Part shown: one piece after another, positions 1 through 9,673 of the stretch
Layout of the letters: every line of letters begins with the position of its first letter
Position numbering within the stretch: position 1 is the stretch's first letter
IMG/VR virus record: IMGVR_UViG_3300037067_010449
Coordinates: 6,143-70,142 of that record
From: a virus
Lineage: Duplodnaviria > Caudoviricetes
Direction: 5' to 3' (one strand)
DNA: 64,000 bases
The notes under the pieces: model-generated
What the model was told of the DNA's origin: nothing
Database searches by the model: none
The model's input: the letters and a program-made list of their open reading frames with translations, nothing else
Translations under genes and position numbers: made by a program

Positions 1-424
1 GAATAAAATAAGTAAAGAGGCGTCAAGGCTTTATAAATATTTCAATGACGGTGATATTGAAGTGAAGGATATAGAGTACAGAGGAAAGCCAGGAATAAGT
101 TATCAGTTGACAGACGTTATGGGTTCGAGAGAATATGAGCAGTTAAGTACAGGTCAAAAGGTTCTACTTCCTTTGTGTGTGCGTTTGGCGGTATCCTTTA
201 TTTTACGTTCACAGTTAAAGATTAATACAGATGTGTTAATGTTAGATGAGGTGGCGGCTAATCTGTCGGAATTAAAAAGAGATAGGTTGGTTGTTTTTAT
301 TGTGGAAGTTTTGAAAAAGTATTTCAAACAGATTTTTGTTATAAGTCATAGTCCTTTGAGAGATGTGTTTGATACTTCGTACAGTGTAAGTTTGGTTAAT
401 GGCGAAAGTACAATAAAAAAATAA
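1..424 (+). CDS. SbcC/Rad50(gp46)-like ABC ATPase, C-terminal part (gene starts before window)
   Basis: Signature LSTGQK, Walker B LMLDE, H-loop VISH; frame is open back to base 2. Confidence 0.85.
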   Translation, partial: NKISKEASRLYKYFNDGDIEVKDIEYRGKPGISYQLTDVMGSREYEQLSTGQKVLLPLCVRLAVSFILRSQLKINTDVLMLDEVAANLSELKRDRLVVFIVEVLKKYFKQIFVISHSPLRDVFDTSYSVSLVNGESTIKK

Positions 425-444
425 TTGAGGAGGTTATTTTACAC

Positions 445-795
445 ATGGGGATTTGTAAAGATTGTAAGAGTGCTTGTTTTGAAATATTGGATACTGGTAA
501 AGTAAAAGTCCATTGCAATAGTGAAAGAAATAAATTTGTGAATTTTATTACGGGAGAGAGCTATAAGAAGTCTGTAACGGCGCTAAATAAATTAGGTTTA
601 TGTTTGTTTTTTGTTTCGATCGATAAGTCTGTTAAGCAGGCTCTTAAAAGAGATGTACTTAGGCGTAAGAAAAATAATTCTAAAGTTTGTTGGTTGTGTA
701 GGGGTGTAGATTTTAATGAGGGATGTAAGTTGCGAATGGTTTTAGAAGACGGGGAGAATAAATGTCGTGAATACGATTATTGTACAGGAGATTAA
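445..795 (+). CDS. Cys-rich hypothetical protein
   Basis: RBS GAGGAGG; CxxC pairs (CKDC, CWLC); no family recognised. Confidence 0.6.
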   Translation: MGICKDCKSACFEILDTGKVKVHCNSERNKFVNFITGESYKKSVTALNKLGLCLFFVSIDKSVKQALKRDVLRRKKNNSKVCWLCRGVDFNEGCKLRMVLEDGENKCREYDYCTGD

Positions 796-958
796 TATGG
801 TGGAGCAATCGGAAGTGACTGAAATCGTGGCGGTTGAAAGTGTAAGTTTATCTTTGGAAGAAATAGATAAAGCTATATTTTCGCAAAAGAAAAGACCAGT
901 AGTTTTTGCTTGTGAAAGAGCTGATCCTTTTGGTAATCTGATGCAAATTGGTTTTTAA

Positions 959-1288
959 ATGAAAAAAATAGAATTCGAGAATTCAATATTACACAAAGCA
1001 GATAACGATATTGAATGGAGTAGAGAAGTAAAAGAAAAAAATAATTATAAGTGTATTCTGTGCGGTAGTAAGTCAGAAGCCGCACACATTTTTAGAAGAG
1101 GAAATAAAAATACAAGATTGATTACAGAGAACGGTGTTAATTTGTGCAATCGACACCATTCTACTTTTGATAAAGCCTCACCTAAAGAACACAGGCGGTA
1201 CGCTATTTTATTTGTGGGCGCTTTGTTATACGGTGTGTTAGAGCATTTAAGCAAGGTGAGAAAGGAATATGTAAATTTATGGAACTAG
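959..1288 (+). CDS. HNH endonuclease (NinG-like)
   Basis: CILCG...AAHIF...NGVNLCNRHH zinc/HNH pattern. Confidence 0.75.
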   Translation: MKKIEFENSILHKADNDIEWSREVKEKNNYKCILCGSKSEAAHIFRRGNKNTRLITENGVNLCNRHHSTFDKASPKEHRRYAILFVGALLYGVLEHLSKVRKEYVNLWN

Positions 1289-1863
1289 TAGAGTTAAATG
1301 GTCGAGTGTTTCAGGGAAAAGAGATAACGATAGAGTCGATTAAGGAAAATGATTATACGATAGAGCGAGGTTATTTTTTTGAACATGGTGGGATAGCTGT
1401 TTGTTGGAAGTACTGTAAGAAAAATATTCTGTTAGTTAAGAAAAAAGAAGGCGGTTGTTTGAACTGTGTGTCACATAACGTTAACGTAGACGGTTACCCT
1501 AAAGTGTCTTTTAATAATGTAACGTACAGGCTTTCTCATTTTATTTTTTCTCTTTATCACAATATCGATATCGAAGAAATGAAGGGAAAATTACTTTTAC
1601 ATTCTTGTGATAATCGAACGTGTGTAAATCCAGAACATTTACACTTAGGGACACACGATGAAAATATGCAAGAGATGAAAGATAGAAATAGACAAGCGAA
1701 AGGTGAACAGATAAGTACAGCTAAATTAACTGTAGATAACGTAAAGCTTATGAAAGATGATGGGTTTGTTAAGCCAGATGAATTTTATTCTGGTTTGTTT
1801 GGTGTTAGTAAATCAACAATAAAATTAGTAAGGGAAAATAAAATATGGAAACACGTGCAATAG
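1279..1863 (+). CDS. HNH homing endonuclease
   Basis: LLHSCDNRTCVNPEHLHLGTHDENMQEM motif typical of phage HNH endonucleases. Confidence 0.85.
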   Translation: MELVELNGRVFQGKEITIESIKENDYTIERGYFFEHGGIAVCWKYCKKNILLVKKKEGGCLNCVSHNVNVDGYPKVSFNNVTYRLSHFIFSLYHNIDIEEMKGKLLLHSCDNRTCVNPEHLHLGTHDENMQEMKDRNRQAKGEQISTAKLTVDNVKLMKDDGFVKPDEFYSGLFGVSKSTIKLVRENKIWKHVQ

Positions 1864-3464
1864 ATTTTTTCGGTAAGCCTGATTTCAGGAAAGGACAGAA
1901 AGAGGCGATTGAAAAAGTAGAAGACGCATTTAATAGGGGTGTTAGGTTTGTAATATTGGAGAGTCCTACGGGTACAGGGAAGAGTCAAATTGCGGCTACT
2001 TTTGCCAAGTGGTTTGGTAATGCGCATATTCTCACAGTGCAAAAGATATTGCAGGATCAATACGCTAAAGACTTTAAAGATGAAATGTACGTTATGAAAG
2101 GTCGCCGAGCGTATACTTGTATAGAAAAAAAAGAAAGTGGTGAGCGTAGAACGTGTGCAGACGGCTTGTGTAAATTGTACAAGGCGATCAAGCACGGGGA
2201 TTGTCCGTATAAATTAGCTTTAAAGGAAGCAGAGGACGCGAGGATAACAGTACACAATTTTGATTCTTTTTATTATCAATCGAATATAGGTTGTTATTCT
2301 GACAGAAAGGTTTTAATTTGTGATGAGTGCCATGCTTTAGAGAATAAGTTTTTGAATTACACGTCGTTTACAGTGAGTAATAAAAGGCAGCCGAATTTAA
2401 TAATCCCTAATTTTGATAGGGTGGATGACTACGATGAATTTTTGACAGGTGTTTTAGTAGAGTTAAAAAAACAAGAAGATTTGTTAGGTGAGTTGGAAGA
2501 GTTAACAAATGAAACTTTTAAAGAGTTAGAAGAAGTAAAAGAGTTAATCCTAAAGATTAATGTTTATTTTAAAAAGAAGAAAACAAATGAGTTTATTCAT
2601 GAGTTTATAAATCACGAAGGTATGTATCAGTCAGTTACTTTTAAGCCGGTGTTTGTTGATCAATTTATTGTAGAACATTTGTTTCCGTACGGTCAGAAAG
2701 TTTTGTTGATGTCTGCAACAGTGTTGGATAAAAAAATATTTTGTAAGTCAGTCGGAATAAAAGAAAGCGAAGCGGAATTTATTTCTATCCCTTCTTTTTT
2801 CCCTGTTGTACATCGACCGATATTGATGTCGTTTTGTGGTTCGATGAATTATAATAATATAAACGTCACATTGCCTTTAATGGTTAAAGCTTTAAAGCTT
2901 ATTTTAGAAAAAAATAAAGGCGTTAAAGGAATTATTCACACGGTGTCAGAGAGGGTGGCTAATTACATTAAAGAGAAATTAAAAGATAGGCGCTTAACGT
3001 TCAATAAAGATTTTCCGTCGGTGAACGATATGTTGGAAGTACACGCCGAAAAAGAAGGGAGTGTTATTGTAGCGTCTGGACTAAAGGAAGGTCTTGACCT
3101 GTTTGGCGATTTAAGCAGGTTGCAGATTATTGTTAAAGTGCCTTATCCTTCGTTAGGGGACAAGAGGGTAAAAAGAAGACTTGAAATAGATAAAGGTTGG
3201 TACGGCTATCAGACGGCTTTATCTTTTGTGCAGAGCATAGGAAGATCGGTGAGAAGCGAAGATGATACGGCGGTTACCTACGTGTTAGACGCTGACTTTC
3301 AAAAGTTTTATAATATGAATAAACAGTTTATCCCTGGTTATATCAAAGAATCGATAATGACGCCGAGTAGATACGAGGAATTGCAAGGTTTACGTAAAGT
3401 TGAACCCGTCGTTATTCAACCACGTAAAAATGTAAAAAGAAGAAAGGAACAGGTGTTAGGTTAA
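1845..3464 (+). CDS. DinG/Rad3-like SF2 helicase
   Basis: Walker A ESPTGTGKS, DECH, MSAT, EGLDL, QSIGRSVR. Confidence 0.9.
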   Translation: METRAIDFFGKPDFRKGQKEAIEKVEDAFNRGVRFVILESPTGTGKSQIAATFAKWFGNAHILTVQKILQDQYAKDFKDEMYVMKGRRAYTCIEKKESGERRTCADGLCKLYKAIKHGDCPYKLALKEAEDARITVHNFDSFYYQSNIGCYSDRKVLICDECHALENKFLNYTSFTVSNKRQPNLIIPNFDRVDDYDEFLTGVLVELKKQEDLLGELEELTNETFKELEEVKELILKINVYFKKKKTNEFIHEFINHEGMYQSVTFKPVFVDQFIVEHLFPYGQKVLLMSATVLDKKIFCKSVGIKESEAEFISIPSFFPVVHRPILMSFCGSMNYNNINVTLPLMVKALKLILEKNKGVKGIIHTVSERVANYIKEKLKDRRLTFNKDFPSVNDMLEVHAEKEGSVIVASGLKEGLDLFGDLSRLQIIVKVPYPSLGDKRVKRRLEIDKGWYGYQTALSFVQSIGRSVRSEDDTAVTYVLDADFQKFYNMNKQFIPGYIKESIMTPSRYEELQGLRKVEPVVIQPRKNVKRRKEQVLG

Positions 3465-3766
3465 TGGGAGAAGTAGATAGATATAAGCCTATAATCGAAT
3501 TTGTGAATAGTAGAGGTCACTACGCTTATAGAAATTCTGTAGGCGCTAGAGGTTACAGAAAGTTCGGTAAAAAAGGTCAATTTGATATTTCAGGCGTAAC
3601 AAAAAAAGGAATTCGTTTAGAGATAGAAGTTAAAAAAGATGAGTCAGAAGTTTTAAGCGAAGATCAAATTGAATTTAAAGCAAATATGAAAAGGTGTAAT
3701 GCGATTGTTTTGGTAGTTGTTACGTTAGGGGATGTGATAGCGGAATTTAACGCGAGGGGTTTATAA
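3464..3766 (+). CDS. VRR-NUC domain nuclease
   Basis: GQFDI...IEVKK...LSEDQIEF PD-(D/E)xK pattern. Confidence 0.8.
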   Translation: MGEVDRYKPIIEFVNSRGHYAYRNSVGARGYRKFGKKGQFDISGVTKKGIRLEIEVKKDESEVLSEDQIEFKANMKRCNAIVLVVVTLGDVIAEFNARGL

Positions 3767-4664
3767 TGAAAGATTTAATTAAAGAAGATTTAGATTTTGT
3801 TCCAGATATTTTGTTGATTGATGGAATGAATTTGACAAAAAGGTATCATCATGCGTTGTCTGTTTTAAGTGACGATCACGGTGTTCCTATGGGTGCACCC
3901 TATGGAATTTTCAAGTATATTCTAGAGTGGCGAAAGAAAGTAAGAAGAATTAAAATTTATGTTTTGTGGGAAGGTAAAATGTCTTACCGTAAAGTAATGT
4001 ATCCTGAGTATAAGAACAGAAATAGGAAACAAGGGAACGATGAATTGTTTAACGAGAGTATAAAAGTACTTAAAGAAGGTTTACGGTTGTTAGGTGTTAC
4101 ACAGGTGACAGGTTCAACGGTTGAAGCGGATGACCTCGCAGGTTATTTTGTTAGTCAATTTTGTACTAAAAATATTTTGTTGTCATCTAACGATAAAGAT
4201 TGGTTTCAGTATTTGACGACGGATAAAATCAGAATTCAATCTGATTTAAAAACAATTAAGTCTAAAGAGGGTGTGGAAAAAGAATTAGGTTTTCCGCCTT
4301 GGCGAATTGTGATCTATAAATCTTTGACGGGGGACAGTAGTGATAACGTTAGGGGGTAGACAGATTTCCACACAAACTAGCACAGTTTATTTGTAATAGT
4401 TGTTTACAGAATAAAATATCTATAGTTGACGTTATACTGAGTGCTGACTGGAGTCTGTCGGAAGTTAATACTTGGTCGAAGTGGTTAGATAAATTTAAGG
4501 AAAGTAAGAGACAGGTGGAATTTGCGTATGACTTGATGAAGTACGACTCTGCTAAAATAAACGGGGAAAGTTTGGAGCAGGTTTGTCTAAAGACGGACAC
4601 TGTGGGGTTTATGAATTTGTTGGAAAAAAAGAAAATGGTAAGTCTTTTGAATTATTTCAGTTAA
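3766..4664 (+). CDS. 5'-3' exonuclease (FEN/PolA-N family), split by a -1 frameshift at 4352-4356
   Basis: LLIDG, YKNR, EADD, SNDKD, GDSSDN motifs; stops at TAG 4357-4359, but the -1 frame 4356-4664 is open and continues (G)VDRFPHKLAQ..., restoring the DNxxGV motif. Confidence 0.8.
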
Positions 4665-4668
4665 AGGT

Positions 4669-4696
4669 TAAAGTTTTTGTTTATTTTTTACGATAA
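4669..4696 (+). promoter_or_regulatory. sigma28-like promoter, copy 1
   Basis: TAAAGTTT-N12-TACGATAA; one of 7 copies with identical spacing. Confidence 0.75.
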
Positions 4697-4704
4697 TGTA
4701 ATTA

Positions 4705-4862
4705 GTACAGATTGGGAATGCAGTCAATAAGTAAGCGGTTAGTTTTTAATTGCGGTCGGTAATGGTGTTTTCTGACCGTAGATGGTGTAATCTTATGTTT
4801 ATTTGTTGTTAGGTCAAACACACTATACTGACATGTGAACAGTTCAATTCTGTTCCTGTACT
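4705..4862 (+). ncRNA. tRNA-like RNA (158 nt) with long internal insertion
   Basis: Ends GTACAG/CTGTAC pair; T-arm AACAG-TTCAATT-CTGTT abuts the 3' stem; internal hairpin TGCGGTCGG/CTGACCGTA; starts at the predicted TSS of promoter copy 1. Confidence 0.5.
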
Positions 4863-4892
4863 GTTTTATTTTTTAAAAGGAGAAAAGTAAAA

Positions 4893-5165
4893 GTGAACGA
4901 AGACAAAAATAAATGGCTAACGTTTAAGAATTTTATGTACAACGAATTGAAAATAACGAAAGACGATATTCACGAGTGGGTAAAAGAAGCCGTTATCTAG
5001 GAAGCTGAGAAACTTGTTACACAACACAAAATAGACGTGTTAGAGTTGGCTAGTGGTTTAATGAAAAAAGAAATGCTTGGTGACCGTTATGTTGTAAGTG
5101 ATGAAATAAAAAGTAAAGTGGCGCGGTTTATTGCGGATACAGTAATCGTTATGTTAAAAGAGTAA
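4893..5165 (+). pseudogene. 90-codon phage hypothetical ORF with in-frame TAG at 4998-5000
   Basis: RBS AAAGGAG, GTG start; MNEDKNKWLTFKNFMYNELKITKDDIHEWVKEAVI*EAEKLV...MLKE stays in one frame across the stop. Confidence 0.6.
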
Positions 5166-5174
5166 GTTTTAAAT

Positions 5175-5313
5175 CGGTGTTTTGCGCAGTGGAAGCGTGA
5201 TCGCGGAGAACAGGCGAATGATTTTTATTGTTTGCGTGTTTGCTCTGTCAAGTAATACGCGCGATTGTCTGAAACGGAGATAGACAGCAAGGGTTCGATT
5301 CCTTTAGCACCGA
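5175..5313 (+). ncRNA. tRNA-like RNA (139 nt): cloverleaf with a 56-nt insert in place of the anticodon loop
   Basis: Acceptor CGGTGTT/AGCACCG, D-arm GCGC-AGTGGAA-GCGT, stem ATCGC/GCGAT, variable arm TGTCT/AGACA, T-arm AAGGG-TTCGATT-CCTTT. Confidence 0.75.
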
Positions 5314-5332
5314 ATTTTTTAGAGGAGAAAAA

Positions 5333-5683
5333 GTGACAATAGACAATGTACCTGTTGATGATATTTCGTTAAAGTATATAGATGCTAGACCTGAAATTCG
5401 GAGTGCGGTTTCTTTATTATTAGAGGAGGGGGATCAATTTCTTTTATATACTGAAAAGGGGGATTCTCGGGTATTTATACACGATGTGATGGAAGAGGCG
5501 CATACGAACTGTCTGTATAATATTTTGAGTACGTTTGTGCAGCGTTATGGGCACTATCCTACGCTTAAATTTTTCGCTCATTTTTTTAATTCGTCTAACG
5601 CAGATTTGTCTATAGTGGAATCGTGGTTAAATTATTTTAATCAATTGAGAGAAAAGATGATAAAAAGGGAGTCTGGTAAATGA
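5333..5683 (+). CDS. hypothetical protein
   Basis: RBS GAGGAG; stop overlaps the polymerase start. Confidence 0.7.
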   Translation: MTIDNVPVDDISLKYIDARPEIRSAVSLLLEEGDQFLLYTEKGDSRVFIHDVMEEAHTNCLYNILSTFVQRYGHYPTLKFFAHFFNSSNADLSIVESWLNYFNQLREKMIKRESGK

Positions 5684-8184
5684 GGTGTGACTCCTGTAAT
5701 CGTTTATGCAAACATGCTAAAAATAACTGTATGCCATTTTCAGGAAATAAAAAATCTGATTTATTAATTGTAGGCGAATTCCCTACCGACGAATCAGACG
5801 GTCAGGGTTTACCGTTTGCAGGGCGTTATGCGAGATATTTAGATAAACAAGTTTTGTTGCCTGCTGGAATAGATAAAAGTAAAATTGCATTTGATAATGC
5901 AGTGAAGTGCGCTTCTCCAAAAAATAAGAAGCCGTCTGTCGGTGAAATGCGAAATTGCAGACAGTACTTATTTAAAACGATTCGAGATATGAAACCTAAA
6001 GTAGTTGTTGCTATGGGCAACATTCCTTTGTATTCTCTTCTTTATCTTGACGGTGTGAAAGTGACAGACGAAGAAAAAGGAGAAAAGAAAAAAGACGGTG
6101 GGATGTCTGGTATAACTAAATGGAGAGGGAAACAATTATGGCACCGTGATTTGAATTGTTGGGTGGTGCCTGCGTACAACCCCTCACAGATTTGTTTATC
6201 TGCGTATAATGGGATTCATTTTCCTACTAAACAAACTATAGCCGACTTGGAATTGGCTTTTAGTTTGTCTTGTCAGAAATTACCTGTTCAAATTTATCCT
6301 TTAACATACCATATAACAAATAAAAAAGAAGCTTTGAATCTTATGCAGGTAGCTTGTCAGTTACCTTATTTTGCTATAGATACTGAGGCGGAAGGTCTTG
6401 ATTGGTGGCAGACTAAGTTGACTGGAATTTCATTATCTGCTTTAGAGTACGGGAATAAAGGTTATTTTATCGACTTACAAGAGTTAGACGTTGACAATGT
6501 GGAAATAAGAAAAGGAATCCAGAATTTATTGATTAGTGATTCTATAAAGGTATTCCACAATTCAGCTTACGATATAAAATTGTTAAGAAGTCAAGGTTTT
6601 CGGGTAAATGATAAAATTCACGATACGATGTTAGACGCTCATTTACTCGATGAGAATTTTTATAAAGGATTAAAAAATCTTACTTGGCGTAATCTGAATT
6701 TTGGAGGGTATGATTACGTGTTGGACGAGTATCGTAGAGATAATAAAATCAAGGGTTTTAAGGGAATTCCAGGAAGCGTGTTAGCCCCTTATGCTGCGTT
6801 AGACGCTGTTGCTACTATGCAGCTGTACGAGAAGTTTAATGTTGAATTGAGAAAAGAAGGTATGTCTTCTTTAAGCAATAATATCTTACACCCTTCTCGC
6901 AAAGTGTTTACCGGAATGGAGTTTGACGGTATGCGAGTCCATATGCCGAGAGTAAAAGCTGTTGATCGTGTAATGCTCAGACTAATAAAAGCAGTAGAGA
7001 AAGAAATATATAAAGAAGTAGGTTATGAATTTAATTTAAAGAGTGGGCAAAAAAAACAGAATCTGTTTTTTAAAGAGTTAAAATGTCAGCCGATAAAAGC
7101 TACAAAGACTGGATTTAGTATCGATGGCGATACGTTAAAATATATTGGAGAGAAAAAAGGAAAAGCCGCGGACATCGCTAATCTTTTGTTAGATCATAGT
7201 TATCTTACAAAACAACACAGTACTTTTGTGAAAGCTATTTTGAATAATGCTAGACAGTTAGGTGAATGTTGGTTTATCCATACAAATTATAATACGACAG
7301 GGACAGCGACACTAAGAGTAAGTTGCAGTAATCCCTGTACACATAACATACCTAAAGACGGGATAATAAAAGGGATGTACATTCCTAGTGTAGGGAATGT
7401 TTTTGTTTATTCAGATATTAAAGCGGCTGAAATAAGAGTATTGGCTGTAGTTGCTATGGAAGAAACGTTGTTAGACGCTTTCCGAAATAATATAGACCCT
7501 CATGTTGCTACTTGGCGTTTGATGTTTGATAAATTAGAAAGTGAATTTCCGACAGAGGAAGAAAGAACAGCAATAAAAAGAATTGCATTTGGAATTATTT
7601 ATGGAATGCAGATCAAAGCACTGGCAAGAAGAACAGGAAAGACGCTATCAGAGGCGAAAATATACTATGAACGCTGGTTTGGCAGTATGAAAAAAGTTAA
7701 GGTCTTTCTTAAAGAGACGAATGAGTTTTTGAGGAAGAATGGGTATGTGAGGACTATCTTTAATTCAAAGAGAAGATTCCCTGATATTGCAATAGATGAT
7801 TTTTGGGCTGTTGCCAGAATGGAGAGACAAGCAGGAAATGTGAAAATACAGACGCCTGCGGCCTTGTATACGTGTGTATGTTTGAATCGTATATCTGTTA
7901 GGTTAAAGAAAGAAAAATTAAAAGCCATTATTGTACACTCCATTCACGACTGTATAATAATTGACTGCCCTAAAAATGAAGTAGAAAGAGTATCCGAAAT
8001 TGTAAAAGAAGTTTTCAATATTCAGTTAGAAATTCTTCCTATTCCGATGGAGGTCGATACGCACGTTATAAATAGTTGGGGGGAAGGAAAAGAAAGTAAA
8101 GTTGCTAATCTGATATCTAAAGTTAGTTTAAAGTTGACGTTAGACGAAAGAAATTTATTGAAGGAGTGGTTGGTAAAGAAATGA
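5680..8184 (+). CDS. polA: Family A DNA polymerase with N-terminal family-4 UDG-like domain and 3'-5' exonuclease
   Basis: UDG-like CDSC, IVGEFP, GLPFAG; exonuclease IDTE, HNSAYD, DAVAT; polymerase motifs SDIKAAEIRVLA, KRIAFGIIYG, IHDCI. Confidence 0.92.
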   Translation: MRCDSCNRLCKHAKNNCMPFSGNKKSDLLIVGEFPTDESDGQGLPFAGRYARYLDKQVLLPAGIDKSKIAFDNAVKCASPKNKKPSVGEMRNCRQYLFKTIRDMKPKVVVAMGNIPLYSLLYLDGVKVTDEEKGEKKKDGGMSGITKWRGKQLWHRDLNCWVVPAYNPSQICLSAYNGIHFPTKQTIADLELAFSLSCQKLPVQIYPLTYHITNKKEALNLMQVACQLPYFAIDTEAEGLDWWQTKLTGISLSALEYGNKGYFIDLQELDVDNVEIRKGIQNLLISDSIKVFHNSAYDIKLLRSQGFRVNDKIHDTMLDAHLLDENFYKGLKNLTWRNLNFGGYDYVLDEYRRDNKIKGFKGIPGSVLAPYAALDAVATMQLYEKFNVELRKEGMSSLSNNILHPSRKVFTGMEFDGMRVHMPRVKAVDRVMLRLIKAVEKEIYKEVGYEFNLKSGQKKQNLFFKELKCQPIKATKTGFSIDGDTLKYIGEKKGKAADIANLLLDHSYLTKQHSTFVKAILNNARQLGECWFIHTNYNTTGTATLRVSCSNPCTHNIPKDGIIKGMYIPSVGNVFVYSDIKAAEIRVLAVVAMEETLLDAFRNNIDPHVATWRLMFDKLESEFPTEEERTAIKRIAFGIIYGMQIKALARRTGKTLSEAKIYYERWFGSMKKVKVFLKETNEFLRKNGYVRTIFNSKRRFPDIAIDDFWAVARMERQAGNVKIQTPAALYTCVCLNRISVRLKKEKLKAIIVHSIHDCIIIDCPKNEVERVSEIVKEVFNIQLEILPIPMEVDTHVINSWGEGKESKVANLISKVSLKLTLDERNLLKEWLVKK

Positions 8185-8942
8185 AAAAAGAAAATTTAGT
8201 TGTCTGTGTTGATTTTCTTAACTCACATATAGAGAGCGGTTCTGTTGATTTAGTTGTAACTAGTCCGCCTTATAATATTGGGATAGAGTACGATGTTTAT
8301 AAAGATAAATTATCTTGGAAAGCTTATTATGATTGGTGTGGTGTTTGGTTGCGTGAGTGTAAGAGAATTCTTAAAGAGGATGGTCGAATAGTCATAAATC
8401 ACTATTTATCTTTAGGAAATGCTAAAGAACGTACAGCGCCTTTGATGCGATTAAATGAAATAGCTCTGACGATGGGGTTTAAACATCACAGTGTGGCTGT
8501 TTGGTTTGATAGGACGTTAGCGAAAGCGTCTGCTTGGGGGAGTTGGTTGTCTGCAAGCGCGCCTTATGTAAATTCACCTAATGAAGGTTTGTTAATCCTT
8601 TATAACGATAAGTGGAAGAAAAATAAAAAAGGCGTTTCCGATATTGATAAAGATACTTTTGTAAAATTGACACGTGGGATATGGGAAATAAAGAACGAAA
8701 CTAAACCTAAAACTAAGTGTTGTTTTTCAGAGGATTTGGCGGATAAGTGTATTAGACTGTTATCGTATAAGGGTGATCTAGTTTGTGACCCTTTTTCTGG
8801 GTCAGGTACGGTAGGTGCTGTGGCTGTTAGGTTAGATAGACGGTTTAAGGGCTGTGAAATTTCTCCTGCGTACACTGAAATAGCAAACAGTAGAATTCAC
8901 AAAGAATTAAATAAAAAAATTGAAAGTGAGGTTATTAAATAA
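8166..8942 (+). CDS. DNA methyltransferase, beta class (N4-C/N6-A); likely start ATG 8181
   Basis: TSPPY precedes DPFSGSGT. Confidence 0.88.
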   Translation: MVGKEMKKENLVVCVDFLNSHIESGSVDLVVTSPPYNIGIEYDVYKDKLSWKAYYDWCGVWLRECKRILKEDGRIVINHYLSLGNAKERTAPLMRLNEIALTMGFKHHSVAVWFDRTLAKASAWGSWLSASAPYVNSPNEGLLILYNDKWKKNKKGVSDIDKDTFVKLTRGIWEIKNETKPKTKCCFSEDLADKCIRLLSYKGDLVCDPFSGSGTVGAVAVRLDRRFKGCEISPAYTEIANSRIHKELNKKIESEVIK

Positions 8943-9673
8943 TGGGTATAGAAGAGATTGACGCAGACATTCCCAGTCTGTTAGTTGAAGAAAAGGTGAG
9001 AAAAGGAAAGTGTTTTTCTAAAGTGAACCGAGGTCAGCGTATCGGTTCGGATGGCTATCAAACACCTTACAGCATGACTCAGCAGGGTATAGACGTGTTT
9101 TGTATTGAAAAGAGTAAAAGAATACTAGAGCCTGCGTGTGGCGAAGGTGCGATTGTAAAAGTATTAATGGATAACGGATACGTGTCCGTTAGTAGTTATG
9201 ATATTGATCAAAGGAAAGAAGGGGCAGACGTTAGAGTAAGCTCATTTAATTTTTTTAATGAAAATGAAAAATATGACGTTATTATAACTAATCCGCCTTT
9301 TAAAATAGCGACTGATTTTATTATTAAAGCATCTACAGTTTGTTTGGAGCGCACTTTTTTTCTCATGCCTTTAGTTTATTTGCACGGGAAAGAAAGGTTC
9401 GATAAAATATTTTTAAAAGGTATTGACGGGTTTAAATTAAAACACGTTTATATTTTTGTGCGTATGCCGATGCTGTCTCCTGAAATTAGAGAGGATGGGA
9501 AATATCCGACAGGTATGCAAGTGTATGCGTGGTTTGAATTTGTTAATTGTGGGTATTCTAAATTACCTAAAAATAGGCTGCCTACATTTTCTTGGATAGA
9601 TAACAGTCCTTATGTGTTAAGGAAAAAAGATTTAATACTTGACGTTGTAACGGAACGAGATGTACAGTGTTAA
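8942..9673 (+). CDS. DNA N6-adenine methyltransferase
   Basis: ILEPACGEG precedes ITNPPF. Confidence 0.85.
   Translation: MGIEEIDADIPSLLVEEKVRKGKCFSKVNRGQRIGSDGYQTPYSMTQQGIDVFCIEKSKRILEPACGEGAIVKVLMDNGYVSVSSYDIDQRKEGADVRVSSFNFFNENEKYDVIITNPPFKIATDFIIKASTVCLERTFFLMPLVYLHGKERFDKIFLKGIDGFKLKHVYIFVRMPMLSPEIREDGKYPTGMQVYAWFEFVNCGYSKLPKNRLPTFSWIDNSPYVLRKKDLILDVVTERDVQC

Noticed and set aside
4705-4862. Canonical tmRNA
   Set aside because: About half the usual length, no G3.U70 pair, no evident tag reading frame.
4357-5000. Genome-wide TAG recoding (alternative genetic code)
   Set aside because: Several genes end normally at TAG (e.g. 21230, 22579, 63443), long genes are intact in code 11, the exonuclease break is fixed by a frameshift rather than read-through, and no CTA suppressor tRNA is seen.
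5205-5260. Group I or archaeal BHB intron in a tRNA
   Set aside because: Too short for group I; no clear bulge-helix-bulge; excision at 37/38 would not give a U33-containing anticodon loop.
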